Below are positions 27,223 to 37,291 of a stretch of DNA of 64,000 nucleotides, one piece after another; position 1 is the stretch's first letter; every line of letters begins with the position of its first letter. Both the position numbers and the translations under genes were made by a program. Where the stretch lies: contig CAMJPL010000010.1 in assembly GCA_946407735.1 (NCBI GenBank), positions 5,298 through 69,297 of the forward strand, written 5' to 3'. This stretch comes from an uncultured Clostridia bacterium (GTDB lineage: Bacteria; Bacillota; Clostridia; Oscillospirales; CAG-272). A model generated the notes under the pieces. It had not been told where the DNA came from and searched no databases. It saw only the letters and a list, made by a program, of their open reading frames with translations.

Positions 27223-29007
27223 ATGAAGACAATAATCAAATACCTGAAAAAATACTGGTTCTTCGCGCTCCTCTCTCCTTTGATGATGCTCGGCGAGGTA
27301 TTCGTTGATCTCAGCCAGCCGACGCTGATGTCGAATATCGTCGATGACGGAATTATCAAGGGCGATATAGGCATGATATGGTCGATAGGCCTCAGGATGG
27401 TCATCCTTGTCGCCATCGGCGGAATATGCGGCATGGCCGCTTCATATTTCAGCTCGGTCGCCGCTCAGAGCTTCAGCTGCGACCTGAGAAACGCTCTCTT
27501 CGATAAGGTCATGCATCTTTCGATCGAGCAGTCGGACGATTTCACTACCGGCTCGCTCGTGACGAGACTAACGAACGACGTTACGATGGTGCAGGATATC
27601 GTGTCCATGGCGCTGAGGATGTTTATCCGCGCGCCTATGAACTTCATCGGCGGTATCGTCATGGCGCTGTCGCTGAACGTCAATTTCGCGGTCGTGCTCG
27701 TCGTCGCGATGCCGATCGAGATGGTCCTCGTTGCGATCATGCTCGTGATGGCGGCGCCGCTTTTCTCGAAGGTGCAGAGCCGTCTCGACAAGGTAAACTC
27801 AGTCGTTCAGGAAGACGTGAACGGCGCGAGAGTCGTAAAGGCCTATGTCCGCGAGGAACATGAGATCGAGCGTTTCGAGAAGGCAAACAAGGATCTTTTC
27901 GATATCTCCATCAAGGTCCAGAAGCTCATGGCTCTTATAGGGCCGATCATGTCGCTTATCATGAACTTCTCGGTCATCGCCATCATCATCGTCGGAAATC
28001 TGCAGGTTCAGGCGGGAAATATCGAGGTCGGAAAGATCATGGCAGCCATCACATACATCACGCAGATCCTGATGTCTCTGATGATGGTTTCAATGATGTT
28101 CCAGTCGCTGTCAAGAGCGAAGGCTTCGCTTGACCGTATCGAAGCGGTGCTCGCGAGCGATCCAGTCATCGTATCCGGCGATGTGAAAGCGTCAGAGCAT
28201 TCCGGCAAGAACGGAGCCGTCTCCTTTAAAAACGTTTCCTTCCGTTATCCCGGCACAAAGGGAAACCCGGTGCTCCACGACATCAATCTCGACATAAAGC
28301 CGGGCGAATTCGTAGCGGTGCTCGGAGCCACCGGCTCGGGAAAGACATCGCTCGTCAACCTTATCCCGCGTTTCTATGACGCGACCGAAGGCACGGTCAC
28401 GGTCGACGGCGTCGATGTGAAAGAATACGATCTTGTCGATCTTCGCGAGAAGATGTCGTACGTGCTGCAGAAAAGCGAGCTTTACGGCGGTACCGTAAGC
28501 GAAAACATAAGATGGGGCAAGCCTGAGGCGACGGACGAAGAGGTACAAGACGCGGCGAGGATCGCTCAGGCGGATGAATTTATCCAGGGCTTCACAGACG
28601 GCTACAATTCACAGATCGGCGAGCAGGGCGCTTCCCTGTCCGGCGGACAGAAGCAGAGAGTCTCTATCGCGAGAGCCATCGTAAGACGGCCGGAGATAAT
28701 CATCTTCGACGACTCCACATCGGCGCTCGACTTCGGCACGGAGGCACGTCTGCGCTCGGCTATAAGAAAGGAGCTCAAAGGCACTACCGTCATTATGATC
28801 GCTCAGCGTATAGCTTCGGTCATGACGGCTGACCGTATCGCGGTCATCGACAACGGCACGATAGCCGCCTGCGGGAGCCACGACGAGCTTATGAAGACAA
28901 GCGAGGCGTACAGAGATATCTATTACTCACAGATCAGGGACAAACAGGAAGACGCCGAGATCGCAGGGCTCGCCGAAGCCGCTGTCGCGGAAGGAGGGGC
29001 TCTGTAA
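27223..29007 (+). CDS. ABC multidrug-type exporter, permease/ATPase subunit 1
   Basis: Six-TM domain, Walker A GATGSGKTS, signature LSGGQKQR, Walker B IIFDDSTSA. Confidence 0.9.
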   Translation: MKTIIKYLKKYWFFALLSPLMMLGEVFVDLSQPTLMSNIVDDGIIKGDIGMIWSIGLRMVILVAIGGICGMAASYFSSVAAQSFSCDLRNALFDKVMHLSIEQSDDFTTGSLVTRLTNDVTMVQDIVSMALRMFIRAPMNFIGGIVMALSLNVNFAVVLVVAMPIEMVLVAIMLVMAAPLFSKVQSRLDKVNSVVQEDVNGARVVKAYVREEHEIERFEKANKDLFDISIKVQKLMALIGPIMSLIMNFSVIAIIIVGNLQVQAGNIEVGKIMAAITYITQILMSLMMVSMMFQSLSRAKASLDRIEAVLASDPVIVSGDVKASEHSGKNGAVSFKNVSFRYPGTKGNPVLHDINLDIKPGEFVAVLGATGSGKTSLVNLIPRFYDATEGTVTVDGVDVKEYDLVDLREKMSYVLQKSELYGGTVSENIRWGKPEATDEEVQDAARIAQADEFIQGFTDGYNSQIGEQGASLSGGQKQRVSIARAIVRRPEIIIFDDSTSALDFGTEARLRSAIRKELKGTTVIMIAQRIASVMTADRIAVIDNGTIAACGSHDELMKTSEAYRDIYYSQIRDKQEDAEIAGLAEAAVAEGGAL

Positions 29008-30920
29008 TGGCTGATATGATGAAGAAACCGGAAAACGAAATGAAGCCTCCGCGCATGACGCACTCCTCAAAAATCGAAGACGCCACACGCGAGCATACCG
29101 AAGAAGAGGACAACGAGCTCCTAAAGAAAAACGGCGGAAGAGGCAGAGGTCCGGGACGCGGCGGAATGGTCAGGGAAAAGCCGAAGGATATGGGAAAGAC
29201 ACTGAAACGTCTGTTCTCATATATCGGCAGAAACAAGATATACGTCATCGGTCTTATCATCGTTATGATGATAATCACTCTGCTCAATCTTGTAGGTCCT
29301 TCCCTTCAGGGCAAAGCCATTGACAATATACATGATCCGTCCACGGGGTCTCTCAAAACGACCCTCATCACGATGGCATGCCTGTATCTGTTATCTGCCG
29401 CGCTCACATACTTCCAGGGCATTTTCGCGGCTAATCTTTCGCAGAAGACGGTCTTCGTGATGAGGAACGATCTCTTCCGCAAGATATGCTATCTGCCGAT
29501 CAAATATACCGATACCCATCAGCACGGCGATATCATGTCGCGCATGACCAATGATGTCGAAAACATATCCAATACCATAAGCCAGTCGATAGCCTCGCTT
29601 TTCTCGGCGGTGATAACCCTCATCGGCACTATAGCGATCATGGTGTATTACAGCCCCGTGCTGACGCTTGTGGCCATGATCTCGATACCGCTTACTATGG
29701 TCACATCGACTCTGATGGCGAAGGTAATGCGCAAGTATTTCGTCCGTCAGCAGAGGCTGCTCGGATCGCTGAACTCCCAGATTGAGGAGATGGTCACCGG
29801 TTATCATACCGTCGTCGCGTACGGACATGAGGACGAAGCGGCAGCCGAATTCAGCGAGATAGCCGGAAGCCTAAAGAATACCGCTATCAAAGCAAATATA
29901 TTCGGCGGCATCATGGGACCGATAATGAACTGCATAGGCAATATCGGATTCATGCTCGTCGCCGTCGTGGGCGGATATCTCGCGCTTAACAATCTGATCA
30001 CCATCGGCGTCATAACAGCCTTCATACAGTACACGAGGCAGCTTTCCCGCCCGATCAACGAGATCGCGAACCAGTACACGTCAATCCTCACCGCTATCGC
30101 CGGAGCCGAGCGTGTGTTCGATATAATCGACGCAGACATCGAGTCCGGCAAAGGCAAGCCCGATCTCGACCTCTCCAAGGTCAAGGGCGATCTGAGCTTC
30201 AGGCATATAAACTTCTCGTATGTTCCCGGCGAGCCGGTGCTGAAGGACTTCAATCTTGAGGTAAAGGCGGGACAGACCATCGCCATCGTCGGCAAAACCG
30301 GTTCGGGCAAGACCACGATCGTCAATCTTCTCACCCGCTTCTACGACATCGACGGCGGCGAGATTCTGATCGACGGTGTCGACATCCGTGAATATTCTCC
30401 CCATTCTATCAGAAAAGCCATAGCCATAGTGCTTCAGGACACCGTGCTGTTCAGCGATACCATAAGCGCGAACATCCGCTACGGCAGGCTCGAGGCGTCA
30501 GATGAGGAGGTCAGGACCGCGGCGGCGACCGCGAACGCGAGCGAGTTCATCGAGCGTCTTCCGGAAACCTATCAGACAGAGCTCAGTGAATCGGGCGGAA
30601 ATCTCTCCGCTGGTCAGCGGCAGCTGCTCAGCATCGCGAGAGCCGTTCTGGCCGATCCGAACATCCTCATTCTCGACGAGGCGACAAGCTCGGTCGATAC
30701 CCGCACCGAGATGAATATCCAGTCGGCCATGCTCAAGCTGATGAAAAACCGCACCTCTCTCGTTATCGCTCACCGCCTTTCCACGATACGCGACGCCGAC
30801 ATGATCATCGTGCTTGCCGACGGAAAGATCGCCGAACACGGCAATCACGAGGAGCTCCTGGCTCAGAAAGGCGCATACTACGACCTTTACATGACTCAGT
30901 TCGCGGGAATCGAGACCTGA
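29007..30920 (+). CDS. ABC multidrug-type exporter, permease/ATPase subunit 2
   Basis: The start overlaps the upstream stop (TAATG). Walker A GKTGSGKTT, signature LSAGQRQL, Walker B LILDEATSS. A basic, Gly-rich N-terminal tail is present. Confidence 0.9.
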   Translation: MADMMKKPENEMKPPRMTHSSKIEDATREHTEEEDNELLKKNGGRGRGPGRGGMVREKPKDMGKTLKRLFSYIGRNKIYVIGLIIVMMIITLLNLVGPSLQGKAIDNIHDPSTGSLKTTLITMACLYLLSAALTYFQGIFAANLSQKTVFVMRNDLFRKICYLPIKYTDTHQHGDIMSRMTNDVENISNTISQSIASLFSAVITLIGTIAIMVYYSPVLTLVAMISIPLTMVTSTLMAKVMRKYFVRQQRLLGSLNSQIEEMVTGYHTVVAYGHEDEAAAEFSEIAGSLKNTAIKANIFGGIMGPIMNCIGNIGFMLVAVVGGYLALNNLITIGVITAFIQYTRQLSRPINEIANQYTSILTAIAGAERVFDIIDADIESGKGKPDLDLSKVKGDLSFRHINFSYVPGEPVLKDFNLEVKAGQTIAIVGKTGSGKTTIVNLLTRFYDIDGGEILIDGVDIREYSPHSIRKAIAIVLQDTVLFSDTISANIRYGRLEASDEEVRTAAATANASEFIERLPETYQTELSESGGNLSAGQRQLLSIARAVLADPNILILDEATSSVDTRTEMNIQSAMLKLMKNRTSLVIAHRLSTIRDADMIIVLADGKIAEHGNHEELLAQKGAYYDLYMTQFAGIET

Positions 30921-30955
30921 TCACAATTTAAATACATTGCATTTCGGAGATTCAG

Positions 30956-31966
30956 ATGACATTTGAAAATACAAAATCACCGCTCGTAAGAGCCATGACC
31001 CGGGACGGAACAGCCCGTATCATCTGCGCGGACACAACCAGAATAATAGACAAGGCATGCGAGATATGCTCGCCATCAAATACTGCCGCCGCCGCCCTCG
31101 GCAGGGTCATGACCGTCACATCTATAATGGGCACGATGCTGAAAAACAGCACTGATACCGTTACCGTCCGCTTCAACGGCGACGGACCCTGCGGCGAGAT
31201 CATATCGACCGCCGATTATAACGGCGATGTCCGCGGCTACATTCAGAACCCGGAGGCCGATGTCCCGAGAAAGCCCAACGGGAAGCTCGACGTCGGCGCT
31301 CTCATCGGTCAGGGCTCCATGAGCGTCGTCAAGGATATCGGAATGAAGGAACCTTATGTCGGTATCTCTCCGATAATCACCGGCGAAATCGGCGACGATC
31401 TGACGCAGTACCTGATGACGAGCGAGCAGACTCCTTCTGTCGTGGCGGTAGGAGTTAGGGTCATAAACGATAAGGATGAGCTTCACCGCACGATCTGCTC
31501 GGCCGGAGGAGGATATATCCTGCAGCTCATGCCGGGAGCTTCCGAAGATACCATAGCGCGTATAGAAAAGAACGTCACCTCATTGTCTTCCATCTCGATG
31601 ATGATAGAAAACGGCAGGACCCCTATCGAGATCATCGGGATGGTTCTTGAAGGGATCGAGTATGATCTGTTCGACACGATAGACGTGTATTACAAGTGCA
31701 GCTGCACGAAGGAAAGATTCCGTTCGGGTCTCCGCGCGCTCGGTCTCAACGATATGGTCAATATCGAGAAGAACGAGAAAGGCGATCTTGAGACGGTATG
31801 CCACTTCTGCGGGACTAAATACACCTTCACGCACGCCGAGATGAACGAGATTATCGACGAGCTCAAGGATCATTACAGAAAAAAGCTCAAGGATTACCGC
31901 AGCCGCCGTAAGAATGATGATAAGGGCAGCGACGGAAAAGAAGGCAAAGAGGAAAACGACACCTGA
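30956..31966 (+). CDS. hslO: Hsp33 family redox-regulated chaperone
   Basis: GGAG ribosome-binding site and the C-terminal zinc centre CSC...CHFCG. A ~35-aa Lys/Asp/Glu-rich tail follows. Confidence 0.88.
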   Translation: MTFENTKSPLVRAMTRDGTARIICADTTRIIDKACEICSPSNTAAAALGRVMTVTSIMGTMLKNSTDTVTVRFNGDGPCGEIISTADYNGDVRGYIQNPEADVPRKPNGKLDVGALIGQGSMSVVKDIGMKEPYVGISPIITGEIGDDLTQYLMTSEQTPSVVAVGVRVINDKDELHRTICSAGGGYILQLMPGASEDTIARIEKNVTSLSSISMMIENGRTPIEIIGMVLEGIEYDLFDTIDVYYKCSCTKERFRSGLRALGLNDMVNIEKNEKGDLETVCHFCGTKYTFTHAEMNEIIDELKDHYRKKLKDYRSRRKNDDKGSDGKEGKEENDT

Positions 31967-32016
31967 CGATCAGCCGCTGATCCGATATTTTTCACATCGA
32001 GCAGAAAGGAGCATTC

Positions 32017-33015
32017 ATGGACGAGTCTATCTTCAAAACCTCTCCGGTAATAACACGGTATCCGGACACGATCCTTTCCCGTCACGATGTCCCATACCGT
32101 TCGGCGCTGACCTTCAACGCTGGGATAATCTATTCACGCGGAAGGTACATAATGCTGTTCCGAAATGACATAGGGTCGTACGACGAGCATAAGCTTGAAG
32201 GGACAAACATCGGCTACGCCGAAAGCTCCGACGGGATTAAATGGGATGTAAAGCCAGAGCCGGTGTTTGACGGTCATGTCTGGGACTCGACGCTCGGTGA
32301 GGGCGAGTCGATACGGTGCTATGATCCGCGGATAACCGAATTCGACGGAAGGTATTATGTCACCCTTGCCGTGGACACCCGCCACGGCGTGCGCGGAGGC
32401 ATGCTTGTCACCGACGATTTCATAAGTTATGAGCCGATATCCCTCAGCGTGCCTGACAACCGCAACATGGTCCTGTTCCCGGAGAAGATCGGCGGTCTGT
32501 ACTGCCGTCTCGAAAGACCTATGCCGGTCTACTCGAGGGGCAGGGACAGATTCGATCTCTGGATGTCTTATTCACCCGATCTGAAATACTGGGGAGACTC
32601 AAAGCTCGTTCTCGCTGTCGAGGATGTTCCGTTTGCAAACGACAAAATCGGCCCCGGCGCTCCTCCGATACTCACCGAAAAAGGATGGCTCATCATCTAT
32701 CACGCCGTCGATCTCGACACCTCCCGCGGAAAGAACGGCTGGGAAGACAGATGGCAGAAGCGATACACTATCGGCGCGATGATCCTTGACAGAGACGATC
32801 CGTCAAAGATCGTCGGCATGATGAAGACGCCGCTCATGGTGCCCGAGGGCTACTGGGAAACTGAGGAAGGCATGAGGACAAACGCGCTGTTCCCATGCGC
32901 GGCGCTCGTCGTCGGAGATACTCTGCGGATCTATCACAGCGCGGGCGACGCGATAGTCAGGATGGCAACGGCAAAGCTCAGCGACGTTCTCGATCTTTGC
33001 AGCGAGAAAAGATAA
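32017..33015 (+). CDS. Glycoside hydrolase family 130 protein (beta-mannoside phosphorylase-like)
   Basis: Matches the GH130 pattern: FNAG..., DPRITEFDGRYYVT, ...NMVLFPEK. Confidence 0.8.
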   Translation: MDESIFKTSPVITRYPDTILSRHDVPYRSALTFNAGIIYSRGRYIMLFRNDIGSYDEHKLEGTNIGYAESSDGIKWDVKPEPVFDGHVWDSTLGEGESIRCYDPRITEFDGRYYVTLAVDTRHGVRGGMLVTDDFISYEPISLSVPDNRNMVLFPEKIGGLYCRLERPMPVYSRGRDRFDLWMSYSPDLKYWGDSKLVLAVEDVPFANDKIGPGAPPILTEKGWLIIYHAVDLDTSRGKNGWEDRWQKRYTIGAMILDRDDPSKIVGMMKTPLMVPEGYWETEEGMRTNALFPCAALVVGDTLRIYHSAGDAIVRMATAKLSDVLDLCSEKR

Positions 33016-33045
33016 AAAACGATTATTAAGCGTTACATAAACCAA

Positions 33046-33083
33046 CAGCACTCAAGACATTGTGTCTTGAGTGCTGTGTTTTT
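33046..33083 (+). terminator. Rho-independent terminator between convergent genes
   Basis: cagcactcaagaca / tgtcttgagtgctg 14-bp stem with a 3-nt loop, followed by a T-run. Confidence 0.8.
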
Positions 33084-33098
33084 ATTGTTTTCTTTGCC

Positions 33099-34223
33099 TC
33101 AGTCAGCCATCAGCGTGAAGTATGTCATCGTTCTGCCCTCAAATAGCTCGGGATGCAGGAGCTGAGCGATATCGGCGAACAGGACATCCGGCTGATCGAC
33201 GCTCATCCAGAAGGCGTCTGTGTACTCATACAGCTTGTTGTTCTGAGCGGCGGGAGTATCGGCCATGAGCGGAGCCATCTCATACAGGCTGGCCTTGCCC
33301 GGCATAAAGCTCGGCGTCGAGGTGTAGAGGATTATATCCGCCTGGCTGGCCGAGACGAGGAAATCCTCAACCGAGATATAAAGCGCGTCGGAGCTAAGAT
33401 CCTTCTGCAGGTAATTACCCTTCGCGCGCTCGACGAGACCGGCGAGCCATCCAGCGCCGTCAGTCGCGATGACGGTGCCGTCCCAGATATATCCCATGGC
33501 TATCGACGGGGCCTCGGCTTCGGCGATGATCTTTTCGGTTTCGGCAAAGGACTTCTTTACGCGGTCGACATAATCGGCCGCGGCCTGATCTTTCTCAAAG
33601 AAGGTGAGAACGAACTTGAGCCATTCCATTCTCGCGAGAGCGGTGGTCTCGATATATTCGTTGTCGACGGCGTAGCTGATGCCGAGCTCGGTCAGCTTCT
33701 CGATAACTCCGGTCTGCGGATACGGTCCGGTGTAAACGAAGACAAGATCGGGGTTGAGAGCGGTAAGCTGCTCGTAGTCAGGATCTCCCATATCGCCGCT
33801 TACATTGATTATCTTCCCGGATTCCATGCGGGATACGACCTCGGGAATATTGGAGAACGAATAGGCGTCGGCGCTGACGGCGGCAAGCGAATCCCAGATG
33901 GAGTCATCGCCGGCGGCTCTCAGGCAGCATACCTGTGTGGTGGAGAGCATTACGGCGCGCTCTACCGGCGTGCGGATAACTATCTTGTCGCTGTATTCGG
34001 CAGGAACCTCTCCGTTGGCCTTCGGAACGAGTATCAGCTCGCGTCCCTCGCCGTCGGTGACGCGCTTTATGCCGTCGCCGAGCTGCTCGATCTTGAAATT
34101 GGCCGTGAATTCGGCGTCAAGACCTTTGATTTCCTTTGAGCCTCCGCATGCGGCAAACGAGATCGCCGTCATAAGCAGGGCGAGTATCAGCGCCGCCGCG
34201 CGGGTGATTCTCATTAATCTCAT
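33099..34223 (-). CDS. Iron-siderophore/cobalamin-type ABC substrate-binding lipoprotein
   Basis: GGAGG ribosome-binding site and lipobox FAAC. First gene of an operon with a FecCD-type permease and a FepC-type ATPase. Confidence 0.8.
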   Translation of the reverse strand: MRLMRITRAAALILALLMTAISFAACGGSKEIKGLDAEFTANFKIEQLGDGIKRVTDGEGRELILVPKANGEVPAEYSDKIVIRTPVERAVMLSTTQVCCLRAAGDDSIWDSLAAVSADAYSFSNIPEVVSRMESGKIINVSGDMGDPDYEQLTALNPDLVFVYTGPYPQTGVIEKLTELGISYAVDNEYIETTALARMEWLKFVLTFFEKDQAAADYVDRVKKSFAETEKIIAEAEAPSIAMGYIWDGTVIATDGAGWLAGLVERAKGNYLQKDLSSDALYISVEDFLVSASQADIILYTSTPSFMPGKASLYEMAPLMADTPAAQNNKLYEYTDAFWMSVDQPDVLFADIAQLLHPELFEGRTMTYFTLMAD

Positions 34224-34246
34224 TTTGGATTCCTCCTCTGAATGGG

Positions 34247-35395
34247 TTATTGTGATTTGATTTTTTTAATCAGCTCTTCGATCGATGAGTATTCCTGCCG
34301 TCCGATGACGCGCAGACCTCTTTTTTCGGCTTCTCTTACAGCCTTCATGAGACCGTCGCCGTCAGACATCGGAAATCCGGAATCGACGGCCAGCCGGTAT
34401 CCGATGGCTGCATCCGCAGTCTTTTCATAAAGTGATTCGAATGACTCGCCGCCGTGCTCATGGATAAAATGATCGATGCATACGGCCTTCGCGGTATGAG
34501 CATCTATGTCATAGCTCTCAGCCGCGCCAAATCCGACGCCAAAACCCAGCCTTGCCGCCGCTCTCATCACCGCTGTCGCGGTCCCGGCTCTGCCGAACAC
34601 GAACAGATCCCGGCTGCTTCCTCCGGCAAGCTCGACGGCGCCTGTCTGCTCATCGTAGCCGGCGCCTTTCAGATCGTACAGCTCATCGATGACTCCCGGC
34701 TTTATGATCTCCTCTGGAGTTCCGGCGGCTTTGACTGATCCGTTTTTGATGAGCACGATATAATCGCTGCATTTCACGGCAAGGTCTATATCATGCATGG
34801 ACATGACGACGGCGATCCCGTTTTCAGCCGCGAGCCTGTTGAGGATCCTCATCACCTCGACCTTGCGGCTGACATCGAGATGGCTCGTCGGCTCGTCGAG
34901 AAGGATAAGATGCGGCTGCTGCACAAGAGCCCTCGCGATCATTATCTTCTGCTTTTCTCCGTCGCTGAGCTCAGAACAGTATCTGTCGCGGAGATCATAC
35001 GCTCCGACTGAATGGAGCGATTTATCTATCAGCTCCTCGTCTTTCTCGGTAAGTCTGCCGAAAAATCCGGTGTAAGGAGATCTTCCGATAGCGACCAGTT
35101 CCCTGACGGTAGTAAGTCCCGGCAGATTATTGCCTGTCAGAACGACGGATATCTTTTTCGCCAGCTCACCAACGCTTATCGAGGCGAGCTCTCTGCCTTC
35201 CATCTCGATCCTTCCGCCGATAGGCTCGATCAGCCTTGCCAGCGTATGAAGGACCGTGCTTTTACCGGCTCCGTTCGGACCGAGGAGACATATCATCCTT
35301 CCCTTTTCGACGGTGAGGAATATATCCCTCAGCACCGTCTTGTCTTTATAGCCGACACTCAGAGAGTCGGTTTTCAGTACAACGCCGCCGCTCAC
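34247..35395 (-). CDS. FepC/FecE-type ABC ATPase with a ~125-aa C-terminal extension
   Basis: The GTG start overlaps the permease stop (GTGA). Walker A GPNGAGKST, signature LSDGEKQK, Walker B ILLDEPTSHLD. At 382 aa it extends well beyond the ATPase core. Confidence 0.88.
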   Translation of the reverse strand: MSGGVVLKTDSLSVGYKDKTVLRDIFLTVEKGRMICLLGPNGAGKSTVLHTLARLIEPIGGRIEMEGRELASISVGELAKKISVVLTGNNLPGLTTVRELVAIGRSPYTGFFGRLTEKDEELIDKSLHSVGAYDLRDRYCSELSDGEKQKIMIARALVQQPHLILLDEPTSHLDVSRKVEVMRILNRLAAENGIAVVMSMHDIDLAVKCSDYIVLIKNGSVKAAGTPEEIIKPGVIDELYDLKGAGYDEQTGAVELAGGSSRDLFVFGRAGTATAVMRAAARLGFGVGFGAAESYDIDAHTAKAVCIDHFIHEHGGESFESLYEKTADAAIGYRLAVDSGFPMSDGDGLMKAVREAEKRGLRVIGRQEYSSIEELIKKIKSQ

Positions 35396-36414
35396 AGCTT
35401 AGCTCCCCTTCCCTTGTCATGAAGAAGCAGGAACACGAGTATCGGCGCGCCTATTACGGATGTCATAGCGCCGAGCGGCAGCTCATACGGGGGAAGAAGA
35501 ATCCTCGCGGCGAGATCGCACAGTCCGGACATAACCGCGCCGTACATGCATGAGGCCGGGATGATTATCCTGTTGTTTGAGGTTCCGAACATCAGGCGCA
35601 CTATATGAGGCACAGCGAGACCGATAAACGAGATCGGACCGGCGAACGCGGTGACTGCGGCGCACAGAAGGCTTGATACGCCAATGATCAGCGCTCTGAA
35701 CGGCTTTATGGCTATTCCCATCGACCTCGCGTAATCTTCGCCCAGCAGCATCACATTCAGCTGCTTTGACAGAAGGAAGGCGAAAATCAGCAGAGGGATG
35801 ATGATTATATACATCAGCCTTACCTGATCCCATCTGAAGCCGGAGAAAGATCCCATCGTCCAGATGACGAACGAGGCGAGACGCTCCTTATCGGCGAAGG
35901 ACGTCATGATAGAAATGGCGGCCGAGCATACATATCCGAACATCATGCCGATAATAAGCAGTGTCGTGATATTTTTGATGTACTGCGAGGCTATGACCAC
36001 GATGAACGATATTATCAGCGCTCCGACAAACGCTCCGGCGAACATCCCCCAGGTATTCAGAGCCACCAGACCGAACCTGTAACCCACAAGCAAGACCATG
36101 CCCGTGAAAAGGCTGGCTCCCGATGATATGCCGAGGACATACGGCTCGACTATCGGATTTGAGAAGAATATCTGAAGCAGTATCCCGGATACGGCGAGCG
36201 CCGCTCCGCCGCTCAGCGCCGCGAGAGCCCTAGGAAGCCTGATATCGGTGATGATGCTGTCATATACCGTCTTCTCGGATGAACCGAAGGCGCTGAAAAC
36301 GTCTTTGATCGGAATATTGACCGATCCCGTGACTATATTGATGAAAAAAACGACCGTCAGCAATATGACGCCAGATATCATCAGGACGGCATATCTGACC
36401 TTTTTTGTTTTCAC
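35392..36414 (-). CDS. FecCD family iron/cobalamin ABC permease
   Basis: 340 aa with about nine transmembrane segments. GTG start 6 nt after AGGAGA. Typical LGEDYARSMGI motif. Confidence 0.9.
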   Translation of the reverse strand: MKTKKVRYAVLMISGVILLTVVFFINIVTGSVNIPIKDVFSAFGSSEKTVYDSIITDIRLPRALAALSGGAALAVSGILLQIFFSNPIVEPYVLGISSGASLFTGMVLLVGYRFGLVALNTWGMFAGAFVGALIISFIVVIASQYIKNITTLLIIGMMFGYVCSAAISIMTSFADKERLASFVIWTMGSFSGFRWDQVRLMYIIIIPLLIFAFLLSKQLNVMLLGEDYARSMGIAIKPFRALIIGVSSLLCAAVTAFAGPISFIGLAVPHIVRLMFGTSNNRIIIPASCMYGAVMSGLCDLAARILLPPYELPLGAMTSVIGAPILVFLLLHDKGRGAKL

Positions 36415-36515
36415 ATTTCATCTCCTGTTGTTTTCGCTCTTTGAGATGATATTATAAACTCAAAGCGGAGTTTTTTCAATAGTATTTTCTTGTCATTATT
36501 TGCATTGTTTTGATA

Positions 36516-37241
36516 TCATTCGACTGCCGCAGAGAGGATTTCACCGATTGAACCGGAAATCACGAGATCGGCATTCTTATCAGCGGGAGTCGGTGATTTA
36601 TTTATCACGACTATTTTACTTCCGCTGAAATAAGAGATCAGCCCCGCCGCCGGATAGACGGCGAGGGACGTCCCGCCAATTATGAGCGTATCGGCTGACC
36701 TTATCGCGGAAATCGCGTTCATTATCACATCGTTGTCAAGCTGTTCCTCGTATAAAACCACATCCGGCCGTATGATGCCGCCGCATGAGCATCTCGGGAT
36801 CCCGTCCGCGGCAAGAACAGATTCGAGAGTACAGCTTTTCCCGCATTCAAGACAGTAATTCCTATATACCGAGCCGTGCAGCTCTATCACGTTTTTCGAT
36901 CCGGCCTTCTGGTGGAGTCCGTCGATATTCTGCGTGATGACGGCTGACAGCTTTCCGTCCGCCTCGAGCTTCGCCAAGGCCTTATGCGCTTTATTGGGTT
37001 CGGCGTCGGGATATACAAGGTGTTTTTTATAGAAATCATAGAATTCCCGGGTATGCTCCATGAAAAAGCCGTGGCTTACGATCTCCTCAGGAGGTATGAC
37101 CTGCCCTTTCATATTGTATATCCCGGACGAGGAACGGAAGTCCGGTATACCGGACTCGGTCGAGACTCCCGCTCCCCCGAAGAATACTATATCGGACGAA
37201 TCATTTATGATGTTTTTCAGCTCTTCGATCTTTTCTGACAT
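36516..37241 (-). CDS. NAD-dependent protein deacylase (Sir2 family)
   Basis: GAGVSTESGIPDFRS, TQNIDGLH, and zinc cysteines CLEC...CSCG. Confidence 0.9.
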   Translation of the reverse strand: MSEKIEELKNIINDSSDIVFFGGAGVSTESGIPDFRSSSGIYNMKGQVIPPEEIVSHGFFMEHTREFYDFYKKHLVYPDAEPNKAHKALAKLEADGKLSAVITQNIDGLHQKAGSKNVIELHGSVYRNYCLECGKSCTLESVLAADGIPRCSCGGIIRPDVVLYEEQLDNDVIMNAISAIRSADTLIIGGTSLAVYPAAGLISYFSGSKIVVINKSPTPADKNADLVISGSIGEILSAAVE

Positions 37242-37291
37242 ATCTTCGTCTCCGACAATACCGGGATTAATGCAGCGTGATTTATGATCTT

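Noticed and set aside
33153-34139. 328-aa ORF on the + strand.
   Set aside because: It is antisense to the iron/cobalamin-type binding lipoprotein, which has a ribosome-binding site, a lipobox and operon context. The antisense ORF has no start context.
36415-36515. Possible cobalamin or other riboswitch upstream of the FecCD-type importer operon.
   Set aside because: The intergenic region is only ~100 nt, is AT-rich, and lacks any B12-box-like sequence or extended pairing.
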